A stretch of DNA of 32,000 bases from the NCBI RefSeq assembly GCF_000025685.1, contig NC_013964.1, forward strand, positions 60,001 through 92,000. The letters run 5' to 3'. The position numbers were made by a program, and so were the translations under genes. Positions 22,704 through 31,628 of the stretch are shown one piece after another. The first letter of the stretch is position 1, and each line of letters starts with the position of its first letter. Below the pieces are notes generated by a model. That model made no database searches. It worked only from the letters and a program-made list of their open reading frames with translations, and was not told where the DNA came from. Source of the stretch: Haloferax volcanii DS2 (GTDB lineage Archaea > Halobacteriota > Halobacteria > Halobacteriales > Haloferacaceae).

Positions 22704-23819
22704 TCACCACCCCGTCTCGTCCCGCGGTAGCGGGTCGTACGGAACCTCGTACCCGAACGCTTCGGGGCCGATGACGTCGAGCGCTTCGGGCGTCGTGAGC
22801 AGTTCGGGCGCGGGCACGCCGAGGACGCGGACGCGCTGGCCGTACCGCAGGGCGTCGGTCGTGACCGGCGCGCCGGTGTCGGTGTCGACGAGGCAGATGA
22901 GGTCGGGCACGGTCGTCCGGAGGTCGCCGTCGTCGTCCCGCGCGACGAGGAACTCGTTTTGGAACTCGATTTCGAGGGTCGCGTCCTCGTCCAACCCGGC
23001 GAGCGTGACGCTCCCGAGGGCGAAGCCGTCGCGGTTGCGGCGGTGCACGTCCACGATTTTCCCGGCGAACAGCTCCTCGCCGCCGAGCAGTTCGCGGCCG
23101 GCGTCGACCGGGTCGGTGCCGGCGTCGCGGGCGCGTTCGACCGCCCGCCCGAGTTCGGTGGCGAGCGAGACGGTGTGGGGAACCGCGTACTCCGAGACGA
23201 ACGCGCCGGTCATGAGCGGGAAGGCGTAGCCCGAGCGGCCGCCCATCTGGACGGTGATGGCCCGCGCGAGGTCTTCGAGGCGCTTGGCCGAGTCGATGTC
23301 CCGGTAGACGACCTGATTGCCGCGCTCGTCGGTCGTCGCCGCGTAGTTCACGGGCGTGCCGTAGATGAAGAACGTGTCCATCTGGAGTTCGGGGAACGCC
23401 CGGCCCATGCCGTCGGCGTCGACCACGGGGAGGTCGGTCATCGCCGCCACGCACAGCGGGGCCATGCTGTTCGCGCCGCCGATTTCGCCGGGGATGAGCG
23501 CGTCGACCGTCTCGCCGGAAAGCTCCTCGATGGCCCGAAGCGACTGCACTTCCTCGTCGCCGCCGGCGAACTTCTCGACGCTGATGGTGGGCGCGCCCAT
23601 CCCGCCGACGCTCGCCACGGTGGCGTCGGGCGGCAGGTCCCGCGGGTCGACCAGTTCGACCGAGTCGGGGTAGGCGTCGTCTTCGAGGAGCGTCTGGAGT
23701 CGCAGGCGGCCGAGGCGGGGGTTGCCGCCGCCGCCGGTGCCGAGGATGCCCGCGCCGGTGCCGAGCGCTTCGAGGTCGTCGAGCGTTATCTCCGTCAGGT
23801 GTGGGATGTCGAAACTCAT
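22704..23819 (-). CDS. DUF917-family protein, paralog a (last gene of the operon)
   Basis: The real start is ATG 23819 (MSFDIPHLTEITLDDLEALGTGAGILGTGGGGNP...), which forms an ATGA overlap with paralog b. The product is 371 aa. Shared blocks: VDADGMGRAFPELQ, GKIVDVHRR, FQNEFL, PDLICL, RYGQRVRVLG. The long track leader (to 24389) is spurious. Confidence 0.8.
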   Translation of the reverse strand: MSFDIPHLTEITLDDLEALGTGAGILGTGGGGNPRLGRLRLQTLLEDDAYPDSVELVDPRDLPPDATVASVGGMGAPTISVEKFAGGDEEVQSLRAIEELSGETVDALIPGEIGGANSMAPLCVAAMTDLPVVDADGMGRAFPELQMDTFFIYGTPVNYAATTDERGNQVVYRDIDSAKRLEDLARAITVQMGGRSGYAFPLMTGAFVSEYAVPHTVSLATELGRAVERARDAGTDPVDAGRELLGGEELFAGKIVDVHRRNRDGFALGSVTLAGLDEDATLEIEFQNEFLVARDDDGDLRTTVPDLICLVDTDTGAPVTTDALRYGQRVRVLGVPAPELLTTPEALDVIGPEAFGYEVPYDPLPRDETGW

Positions 23820-24904
23820 GGGTGGTCCGCGAGTGGTTCGTAGGTCGCGTCGAGGCCGAACGACGCCGGCCCCCACACGTCGAGCGCGGCGGGCGTCCGC
23901 ATTATCTCGGGCGTCCGGATGCCGAGCACGCGGACTCGCGCCCCGTACCGGAGGCTCTCGGTCGGAATCGGACCGCCCGTCTCGCGGTCGAGGACGGTGA
24001 TGAGGTCGGGGACGGTCGCCACGTAGCTCCCGTCGACCGCCGCGCCGAGGTTCTCGTTTTGGAACTCGATGCGCATCGTCGAGCCCTCGTCGCCGTCGAG
24101 GCCGTCGATATCGACGTGGCCGAAGACGAACCCGCGCTCGGTGCGGCGCTGGACGTCCACGATTTTCCCCTCGAACAGCGACCGCGCCTCGCCGTAAATC
24201 GACTCGCGGGTCACCTCGCGGATGGCGCTCATCGCGTCGTCCTCGGCGAGTCGGAGCGCGCGGCCGAGGTTCTTCGCGAGCGACATCGTGCCGGGGATGG
24301 CGGTCTCGTTGACCTGCGTCCCGGTCATCGGGTAGTCCGAGACGTAGGCGACGCCGCCCATCCTGACGGTGACGCCGCGGGCCAGCCACTCCAACTGGTC
24401 GTTGTCCTCAGTCTCGATGAGGCAGGTGCTCCCCTGCTCGTCGCTGACGGCCGCGGGCGTCCCGCTGACGCCGTAGATGTTGAACGTCTCGTGTTGGAGT
24501 TCGGGGAAGGCGCGTCCCATGCCGTCGGCGTCCACCACGGGGAGCCCGCGGCGGGCCGCGACGGCGAAGGGGAACGTCGAGTTGATGCCGCCGCACTCGA
24601 TCGGCATCGTCGCGTCGGCGGTCTTCCCGAGTTCGCGCTCGATGCGCTCCATCGAGGCGACGGCCTCCCGCCCGCTCGGGAGCTTTTCGACCGAGACGGT
24701 CGGCGCGCCCATCTGGGCGGTCGGGATGACGAAGTCGTCCGCGTCCAGTTCGTCCGGGGGGAGGAGTTCGACGGGGCCGAACTCCTCGATGGCCTGCTTC
24801 GCGACGAGTTTGCCGACGTGGGGGTCGCCCCCGCCGCCGGTGCCGAGGACAGTCGCGCCGAGCGCGATGTCTTCTATCTCCTCGACGCCGATTTCGACCG
24901 TCAT
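23816..24904 (-). CDS. DUF917-family protein, paralog b
   Basis: 362 aa, MTVEIGVEEIEDIALGATVLGTGGGGDPHVG... Shared blocks: VDADGMGRAFPELQ, GKIVDVQRR, FQNENL, PDLITV, RYGARVRVLG. The ATG at 24904 shares 1 nt with the hyuA-like stop. Confidence 0.8.
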   Translation of the reverse strand: MTVEIGVEEIEDIALGATVLGTGGGGDPHVGKLVAKQAIEEFGPVELLPPDELDADDFVIPTAQMGAPTVSVEKLPSGREAVASMERIERELGKTADATMPIECGGINSTFPFAVAARRGLPVVDADGMGRAFPELQHETFNIYGVSGTPAAVSDEQGSTCLIETEDNDQLEWLARGVTVRMGGVAYVSDYPMTGTQVNETAIPGTMSLAKNLGRALRLAEDDAMSAIREVTRESIYGEARSLFEGKIVDVQRRTERGFVFGHVDIDGLDGDEGSTMRIEFQNENLGAAVDGSYVATVPDLITVLDRETGGPIPTESLRYGARVRVLGIRTPEIMRTPAALDVWGPASFGLDATYEPLADHP

Positions 24905-26448
24905 CAGTGGTCGAGCGCCCCGGCGGCCTTCACCTTGATTCGCACCGCGTTGCCGGGCAGGTACGAAAGCGGGACCTCCTCGACGTCGACGATGTCCACG
25001 GTGTCGGCGTCCGCGCCGGCGGCGAGCGCGTTGTCGGTGGCCTCGTCTTTCGCGTGCTGGATGGCCTCCTCGCGGTCCATCTCGTCGAGGCTGTAGATGC
25101 GGTCGACCTCGCCGGAGACCTGCGCGATGGCGACGCCGACGGCGTTCGCGACCTCGTAGTGGTCGGGCTTGTGGACCTCGCTCGCGCCCGCGATGTCGTC
25201 GGGGACGAGGATGCTCCCGCCGCCGACGATGACCACGGGGACCGGCTCGGCGCTCGTCTTCATGCGGTCGACCTCGCGCTCGACGCGCTCTCTGACGTAC
25301 TCGCGGGCGGCCTCGACGATTTCACCGTCGACGTCCGGCGTCTCGGAGCCGATGTCGATGGTGCCGGCGGCGACTTCGAGGTCGGTCGCGGTCAGCGTCT
25401 CCCCGCCGAAACACTTCGCCTCCTCGGTCAGTTTGTAGCCGACGCTCTGGGGGCCGACGGTGACGCCGCCGTCGGTCGAGACGATGGAGCCGCCGCCGAT
25501 GCCGATGGCGATGATGTCGGGCATGCGGAAGTTGGTCTTCACCTCGCCGATTTCGACGGCGACGCTGCTCTCGCGGGGGAAGCCCTCGGTGACCGCGCCC
25601 ACGTCGGTGGTCGTGCCGCCCACGTCGACGATGATGCCGTTTTCGACCGCGGAGAGGTACGCCGCGCCCCGGACCGAGTTCGAGGGGCCGCTGGCGACCG
25701 TGAAGATGGGGTAGCGGATGGCGTAGTCGACGCTCATCAGCGTCCCGTCGTTCTGGCCGAAGTAGAGGTTCGCGTCGATGCCGCGTTCGTTCATCGCGTC
25801 GACGAAGGCGTTCGCGGCCTCCGAGGCGACGCTCGTGAGCGCGGCGTTGAGCGCCGTCGCGTTCTCGCGTTCGAGCAGGCCCACGCTGCCGATTTCGTTC
25901 GAGACCGAGATGGGCACGTCGTCACCGACCTCCTCGCGGATGAGTTCCGCGACCCGCGTCTCGTGGTCGTCGCGGACGGGCGAGAAGACGCTCGTCACGG
26001 CGAAGGCGTCCACGTCGGAGAACTCGCGAATCTGCGCTCTGACCTGCTCCTCGTCGAGGTCGTTGAGGAGTCGGCCGTCGAACTCGTGGCCGCCGTCGAG
26101 GATGGCGACGTTGTTGCCGATGGCCGCGGCGAGGTCGTCGGGCCATTCGAGGAGCGGGCGGATGCTCTGGGTCGCGGGCGCGCCGATGCGGATGACGCCG
26201 ACCTCGTTGAGGCCGCGCCGCTCCGTGATGGCGTTCGTCGCGTGGGTCGTGCCGAGCATCACGTAGTCGAGTTCGTCCTCGGAGACGCCGCTGTCGTCGA
26301 GGACCACGTCGAGGGCGCTGAGGATGCCCGAGGTGATGTCTTCTGTCGTGGGGGTCTTCGTCTTCGCGAGGAGGTTGTCGTCGCCGTCCATGACGACGGC
26401 GTCCGTGTTGGTGCCGCCGACGTCGATTCCGATTCGGTAGTCAGTCAT
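24904..26448 (-). CDS. Hydantoinase/oxoprolinase-family (HyuA-like, ASKHA fold) ATPase, short form
   Basis: 514 aa. MTDYRIGIDVGGTNTDAVV is the ASKHA phosphate-1 motif, and a second glycine-rich block reads IIVDVGGTTTDVG. The overall layout is Hydant_A_N plus Hydantoinase_A. An 8-nt overlap joins it to upstream paralog c (26441-26448). Confidence 0.85.
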   Translation of the reverse strand: MTDYRIGIDVGGTNTDAVVMDGDDNLLAKTKTPTTEDITSGILSALDVVLDDSGVSEDELDYVMLGTTHATNAITERRGLNEVGVIRIGAPATQSIRPLLEWPDDLAAAIGNNVAILDGGHEFDGRLLNDLDEEQVRAQIREFSDVDAFAVTSVFSPVRDDHETRVAELIREEVGDDVPISVSNEIGSVGLLERENATALNAALTSVASEAANAFVDAMNERGIDANLYFGQNDGTLMSVDYAIRYPIFTVASGPSNSVRGAAYLSAVENGIIVDVGGTTTDVGAVTEGFPRESSVAVEIGEVKTNFRMPDIIAIGIGGGSIVSTDGGVTVGPQSVGYKLTEEAKCFGGETLTATDLEVAAGTIDIGSETPDVDGEIVEAAREYVRERVEREVDRMKTSAEPVPVVIVGGGSILVPDDIAGASEVHKPDHYEVANAVGVAIAQVSGEVDRIYSLDEMDREEAIQHAKDEATDNALAAGADADTVDIVDVEEVPLSYLPGNAVRIKVKAAGALDH

Positions 26449-27532
26449 GTCTGGGTTGCTGGAGAGTTTCGATTGGTTCGTAGTCGATGCTGTAATCGAA
26501 GTACGCCGGGCCGACGAGGTCGAGTCCCTCCTCGGTCCGCCACTTCGGTGAACACGGCATGCCGATGACCCGCACCCGGTGGCCGTAGGCGAGTCGCTCG
26601 GTGGTGACGGGGTCGCCCGTCTCGGCGTCCACGACCGTAATCAGGTCGGGGGTGCTCGCCACGACGCCGCGCTCTGAGTCGCGGGCGACGAGGTTCTCGT
26701 TTTGGAAGTCGAGGGCGAACGTCCGGCCCTCGCAGTCGTCGATGCCGTCGAGGGTCGCCTCACCGACGGCGAAGCCGCCTTCGGTCCGGCGCTCCACGTC
26801 GGTTATCTTCCCCGCGAACAGTTCGTAGCCGTCGGTGAGGTCGAGGACCGCCTCGACGGGGTCCTGCGAGCGGTGCTTGGCGGTGCGAATCGCCTCGCCG
26901 ATGTCGTGGGCGAGGGACATCGAGTCGAGAATCGCGTGCTCGCGGACTTCCGCGCCGGAGAGCGCGTAGGTGCCTATCATGCACGCGCCGCCCATCTCGA
27001 TGCTCGTCACGCGGGCGAACGCCTCGGCGTACTCGTTGCTGACGGTGTTCACGAGAAGCGAGTTGCCCTTCTCGTCGGCGATGCTCATCGGGGTCGCGCT
27101 GACGCCGCCCATCGTGAGCGTCACCATCTGCACCTCGGGGAACGCCCGGCCCATGCCGTCGGCGTCCACGAGGGGAAGCCCGAGCGCGGCGGCGACGGCG
27201 ATGGGGACGGTGCTGTTCAGCCCGCCCGCCTCGATGCTCATCGTCGCGTAGGCCTCCTGTCCGAGGTGCGTTTCGAGCGCCTCGAAGGCGGCCAACGCCT
27301 CGGTTCCCTTCGGCATCTTCTCGACCATCACGGTCGGCGCGCCGAGCATCGCGCTCGGGATGACGAGCGCGTCGTCGGGCACGTCTCGCGGGTCGATGAG
27401 GTCGACGGGACCGTGCTCTTCGATTGCCTGCTGTGCCATCAGCTTCCCGATGTAGGGGTCGCCCCCGCCGCCCGTCCCGAGGACGGTCGCGCCGGTGGCG
27501 AAGTCGTCGATGTTGTCTGTGGTTATCTTCAT
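26441..27532 (-). CDS. DUF917-family protein, paralog c
   Basis: The real start is ATG 27532 (MKITTDNIDDFATGATVLGTGGGGDPYIG...), which forms an ATGA overlap with the ABC ATPase stop. The product is 363 aa. Shared blocks: VDADGMGRAFPEVQ, GKITDVERR, FQNENL, PDLITV, AYGHRVRVIG. Confidence 0.8.
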   Translation of the reverse strand: MKITTDNIDDFATGATVLGTGGGGDPYIGKLMAQQAIEEHGPVDLIDPRDVPDDALVIPSAMLGAPTVMVEKMPKGTEALAAFEALETHLGQEAYATMSIEAGGLNSTVPIAVAAALGLPLVDADGMGRAFPEVQMVTLTMGGVSATPMSIADEKGNSLLVNTVSNEYAEAFARVTSIEMGGACMIGTYALSGAEVREHAILDSMSLAHDIGEAIRTAKHRSQDPVEAVLDLTDGYELFAGKITDVERRTEGGFAVGEATLDGIDDCEGRTFALDFQNENLVARDSERGVVASTPDLITVVDAETGDPVTTERLAYGHRVRVIGMPCSPKWRTEEGLDLVGPAYFDYSIDYEPIETLQQPRHD

Positions 27533-28599
27533 GGCTCTTGGTTCGATGCGACCCCCTCGTCGGCGACCGCCGCGACGGCCACCTCGGGCACGTCGTCGAA
27601 CGCGTCGGCGTACGCCTCGTCGTAGATGTGACACCGGACGCTGGGGCCGGCGTCGACCGCGACGAACGCCGGTTCGTCGGCCGAACACGCGTCGGTCGCG
27701 TAGGGACACCGCGTGTGGAACCGACAGCCCGTGGGCACGTCCCGCGGACTCGGAATTTCGCCCCGGAGCGGTTCGTGCCGCGGCTTGTACGCCTCTTCCT
27801 CGTCGGTCGTGACGGGAATCGCGGACAGAAGCGCCCGGGAGTAGGGGTGTCGCGGCCGCTGGAAGACCTCCTGCGTGGGGCCGCGCTCCTGAATCTCACC
27901 GAGATACATCACGGCCGTCTCGTCGGCGAAGTTGCGGACCAGAGAGAGGTCGTGGGTGATGAACAGGTAGGTGAGCCCGAACTCCGCCTGTAAGTCCTCG
28001 AGGAGCGCGATAATCTTCGCCTGCACGCTCACGTCGAGGGCGCTCGTCGGCTCGTCGAGCAAGAGCAGTTCCGGCTCGACCGCGAGCGCGCGGGCGATGT
28101 TCACCCGCTGTTTCTGCCCGCCGGAGAGTTCGTGGGGGTACTTGTTCCAGTACTCGTCGTTCAACTCGACGCGTTCGAGCAGGTCGACCACGCGCTCCCG
28201 GAGGTCGGACGTCGCCACGCCGCGGGCCTTCAGCGGGACCGCGAGCGACTTGCCGATAGTCCGCCGTGGGTTCAGACTCGACGTGGGGTCCTGAAACACC
28301 ATCTGGACGCGCGACCGGAGGCGAGCCAGTTGCTCGTCGGCCGCGTTCGTGATGTCCTCGCCGTCGAACCTGACGGTCCCGCCGGTCGCGCCGGTCAGGC
28401 CGATAATCGTCCGAGCGACGGTGCTTTTGCCGGAGCCGGACTCGCCGATGAGCGCGAGGGTCTCCCCGCGCTCGATGTCGAACGAGACGCCGTCGACCGC
28501 TTTCACGTAATCGGACGTGCGCTTGATGATGCCGCTTTTGACGGGGAAGTACTTCTCGAGATCGTCGACGTCGAGCAGGGGTTCGGACACGTCAGTCAC
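27529..28599 (-). CDS. ABC transporter ATP-binding protein, DppF/OppF type
   Basis: 356 aa. Motifs: Walker A GESGSGKST, signature LSGGQKQR, Walker B LLLLDEPTSALD, and an oligopeptide-type C-terminal domain with GCRFHTRCPYATDAC...C. The start is GTG 28599 (8-nt overlap with the upstream gene). The GTG three codons downstream is an alternative. Confidence 0.88.
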   Translation of the reverse strand: MTDVSEPLLDVDDLEKYFPVKSGIIKRTSDYVKAVDGVSFDIERGETLALIGESGSGKSTVARTIIGLTGATGGTVRFDGEDITNAADEQLARLRSRVQMVFQDPTSSLNPRRTIGKSLAVPLKARGVATSDLRERVVDLLERVELNDEYWNKYPHELSGGQKQRVNIARALAVEPELLLLDEPTSALDVSVQAKIIALLEDLQAEFGLTYLFITHDLSLVRNFADETAVMYLGEIQERGPTQEVFQRPRHPYSRALLSAIPVTTDEEEAYKPRHEPLRGEIPSPRDVPTGCRFHTRCPYATDACSADEPAFVAVDAGPSVRCHIYDEAYADAFDDVPEVAVAAVADEGVASNQEP

Positions 28600-29704
28600 C
28601 CCCCGTCTGCTTGCCCGGTCGCCGGGTCATGTGGCTCCGGGTCTCTTCGACGGTCGGCCGCTCGGACGCCGGGACGACCTCGTCGTAGAGGACGCACTCG
28701 ACGCCGGTCTGCGGGCCGCGCTCGTACATCTCCGGGCGGGCCTCCTCGCACTCGGCGGTGGCGTAGGGACACCGCGGCGCGAACCGACAGCCCGGCGGCG
28801 GGTCGAGATACTCGGGAATCGAGCCGTCGATGCCGGTCGCCATCTCGTCGCCCGTCAGGCGCGGAATCGACGCGATGAGCCCCTGCGTGTAGGGGTGTTT
28901 CGGGTTCTCGAACAGCTCGTCTGTCGGCGCGGTCTCGACGATGCGGCCGCCGTACATGACGTACACGCGGTCGCTCACCTGTCGAGCGACGCCGAGGTTG
29001 TGGGTGATCATCAGGACGCTCAGGTCGTGGTTCTCGATGAGATCCTTCAGCAGGTCGAGAATCTGGTCGTGAATCGTCACGTCCAGCGCGGTACCGATTT
29101 CGTCGGCGATGAGCAGGTCCGGCTCGTTCAGCAGGGCCTGCGCGATGAGCGCGCGCTGACGCATCCCGCCGGACAACTGCGACGGGTACGAGTCCATGAT
29201 GTTCTCGGGGTCCGGCATCTGAACCTCGCGGAGCATCTCCAAGACGCGCTCGCGCGCCTCGTCGCGCTCGCCGCTGAAGCGGCGGCGGAAGAACTCCACG
29301 ACGCCCGTGTCGCTGTCGCCGCCGAACTGCGCGGTGTCGGTGAGCTGTTCCCCGATGGTGAACGTCGGGTTCAGGCTCGACATCGGGTCTTGGAAGACGA
29401 GGCTCATCCGCTGGCCCTTGACGCGCTCGAACTCGCGGTCCGAAAGCGACAGCAGCTTCGTCCCGTCGAACGTGATGTCGCCGCTGACGCGGGCCGGCGG
29501 CTGATTCAGGAGGCGGAGGATGGACTTCATCGTCACCGACTTGCCGCAGCCGGTCTCGCCGGCGATGGTGACGACCTCGCCTTTGCCGATAGAGAGGTTG
29601 ACGCCGTCGATGACCTCCGCGAGGCCGTCGAACGACTCGAAGCCGACTTCGAGGTTCTCGACGGTCAAAAGCGGGTTCTCGGCGACCGGCTCGTCGAGTC
29701 TCAT
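28592..29704 (-). CDS. ABC transporter ATP-binding protein, DppD/OppD type
   Basis: 370 aa. Motifs: Walker A GETGCGKS, signature LSGGMRQR, Walker B LLIADEIGTALD, and a C-terminal GCRFAPRCPYATAEC...C. An ATGA overlap joins it to the permease stop (29701-29704). Confidence 0.88.
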   Translation of the reverse strand: MRLDEPVAENPLLTVENLEVGFESFDGLAEVIDGVNLSIGKGEVVTIAGETGCGKSVTMKSILRLLNQPPARVSGDITFDGTKLLSLSDREFERVKGQRMSLVFQDPMSSLNPTFTIGEQLTDTAQFGGDSDTGVVEFFRRRFSGERDEARERVLEMLREVQMPDPENIMDSYPSQLSGGMRQRALIAQALLNEPDLLIADEIGTALDVTIHDQILDLLKDLIENHDLSVLMITHNLGVARQVSDRVYVMYGGRIVETAPTDELFENPKHPYTQGLIASIPRLTGDEMATGIDGSIPEYLDPPPGCRFAPRCPYATAECEEARPEMYERGPQTGVECVLYDEVVPASERPTVEETRSHMTRRPGKQTGGD

Positions 29705-30600
29705 CGGTTCACCTCCACGTCGAACAGGTCACGGAGGCCGTCTCCGAGCATGTTGAACCCCATCACGAGGACGAAGATGGCGAGGCCGGAGAAGACGCTC
29801 ACCCACCACGAGTCGGGCAGGTACGACGTTCCTTGGCTGACCATCGTGCCGAGGCCGGGCTGGGGCGGCTGGACGCCGACGCCGATGAACGACAGGCCCG
29901 CGCCGATGAGGATGACGAAGCCCGCGTCGAGGGTCACTTTGACCAGAATCGGCGACAGCGTGTTCGGGAGAATCTCTCGAAAGAGGATGTGCGGCGTGCT
30001 CGCGCCGGCGAGTTTCGCGGCCTGCACGTACTCCTCGCTGCGCTCGCTGGCGACGATGCTCTGGACGAGGCGGGCGTGCCACGTCCACCACAGCGCCGCG
30101 ATGGCTATCATCGCGTTCGTCAGCGTCGGCTCCAAGGCCGATGTGATTGCCAACGCCATCACGAGCGGCGGTAAGGCGAGCGCCGTGTCGGTCGCCCGCA
30201 TGATAATCGTCTCGGTCCAGCCGCCGTAGTAGCCGGCGACGAGGCCGAGCAGCACGCCCACGGGGACGCCGAAGCCGAGGACGACGGCCACGAGCATGAG
30301 CGACAGCCGGTAGCCGAAGAGGATGCGCGAGAGCACGTCGCGGCCGACGTGGTCGGTCCCCAGCGGGTGGTCGACGCTCGGCGGCTGAAGCGTGTTCGAG
30401 AAGTCGGTGAACTTCCCGGCGTGTTCGGGGTACGGCGCGACGACGGGCGCGAAGACGGCGAGCAGGACGATGGCGATGATGATGCCGAGACCGACGACGC
30501 TCATCGGCCTGCTGGTAAAGCGCTTCCACGACCGTTGCCAGAGTTCGCGGCGCTCGGCCGAGACGACCCGGTCGAGGACGCTCGTCGACTCGGCGCTCAT
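29701..30600 (-). CDS. ABC transporter permease, DppC/OppC type
   Basis: The real start is ATG 30600 (MSAESTSVLDRVV...), giving 299 aa. Hydrophobic helices are present along with the BPD_transp_1 EAA-type loop (YVQAAKLAGASTPHILFREILPN). It forms an ATGA overlap with the upstream permease. Confidence 0.88.
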   Translation of the reverse strand: MSAESTSVLDRVVSAERRELWQRSWKRFTSRPMSVVGLGIIIAIVLLAVFAPVVAPYPEHAGKFTDFSNTLQPPSVDHPLGTDHVGRDVLSRILFGYRLSLMLVAVVLGFGVPVGVLLGLVAGYYGGWTETIIMRATDTALALPPLVMALAITSALEPTLTNAMIAIAALWWTWHARLVQSIVASERSEEYVQAAKLAGASTPHILFREILPNTLSPILVKVTLDAGFVILIGAGLSFIGVGVQPPQPGLGTMVSQGTSYLPDSWWVSVFSGLAIFVLVMGFNMLGDGLRDLFDVEVNR

Positions 30601-31628
30601 GTCGCCTCCTCCATCGCCAGTCTGATGCGCGGGTCGACGCGACCCAACAGCACGTCGACGAGGAAGTTGATGCTCACGAACGCGACGCCGATGGTCATCG
30701 TGACGCCGACGACGGCGTTGAAGTCGTTGTTCAGCACCGCGGTGACGCCGTAGGACGCGAGGCCGGGCCACGAGTAGACGAGTTCGATGAGGAACGCGTT
30801 GCCCAGAAGCGAGGCGTACAACAGCCCCAGAATCGTGAGCGTCGGGATGAACGCGTTCTTGAGCGTGTACTTGTACGTGACGAGCCACGAGGGGAGGCCG
30901 AAGCCGCGTTCGGCCTCGACGTAGTCTTGGTCTTTCACGTCAATCATGCTCGACCGGGTGATGCGCATCACCTGTCCGATGCCGGCGAGCGAGAGCGCGA
31001 GCGCCGGGAGGATGATGTGCGCCCACGCGTCGACGTGGGCCGCGAGGTTCCCCGACAGCAGGGTGTCCACGAGCAGGAAGCCCGTGAACCGCGAGACGCC
31101 CGAGCCGAACTCCGAGCCGAGCCGCCCCGTGATGGGGAGCCATTCGAGCAGGTAGCCGAATATCAGCTGGAACATGATTGCGACGAAGAAGCCGGGCACG
31201 CTCACGCTGAAGAACGCGACGAGCCGCGTCGCGTTGTCGGCGAGCCCGTCTTTGTTCTGCGCGGCGATGACGCCCAGCGGGATGCCGATGACGACGGTGA
31301 GGAACATCGACACCGTGATGAGTTCGAGCGTCGCCGGCAGGTAGTAGACGATGTCGGTGCTGACCGCGCGCTTCGTTTCGAGGCTCGTCCCGAGGTCTCC
31401 GACGAGCAGGCCCCGCATGTAGTCGAGGTACTGCAACGGAATCGGCTTGTTCAGGCCCATCTCGGCGGCGAGCGCCTGCACCTGCTCTTCGGACGCGAGC
31501 GCGCCGAGGGCCATTCGCGCGGGGTTCCCGGGGAGCACTCGTGACGTGGTGAAGATGATTATCGACAGGCCGATGAGACTCACGAGGATGCCCGCGAGCC
31601 GGCGCACGAGATACTGCCAGTACTTCAT
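30597..31628 (-). CDS. ABC transporter permease, DppB/OppB type
   Basis: The real start is ATG 31628 (MKYWQYLVRRLAGILVSLIGLSIIIF, a canonical DppB/OppB N-terminus), giving 343 aa. An ATGA overlap joins it to the SBP stop (31625-31628). Confidence 0.88.
   Translation of the reverse strand: MKYWQYLVRRLAGILVSLIGLSIIIFTTSRVLPGNPARMALGALASEEQVQALAAEMGLNKPIPLQYLDYMRGLLVGDLGTSLETKRAVSTDIVYYLPATLELITVSMFLTVVIGIPLGVIAAQNKDGLADNATRLVAFFSVSVPGFFVAIMFQLIFGYLLEWLPITGRLGSEFGSGVSRFTGFLLVDTLLSGNLAAHVDAWAHIILPALALSLAGIGQVMRITRSSMIDVKDQDYVEAERGFGLPSWLVTYKYTLKNAFIPTLTILGLLYASLLGNAFLIELVYSWPGLASYGVTAVLNNDFNAVVGVTMTIGVAFVSINFLVDVLLGRVDPRIRLAMEEAT

Noticed and set aside
23385-27180. Three interspersed ~50-nt near-repeats (about 23385-23440, 24494-24547, 27131-27180) that might suggest a mobile or recombination element.
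   Set aside because: They are the conserved VDADGMGRAFPE[LV]Q-coding blocks of the three DUF917 paralogs. This is gene-family similarity, not a repeat element.
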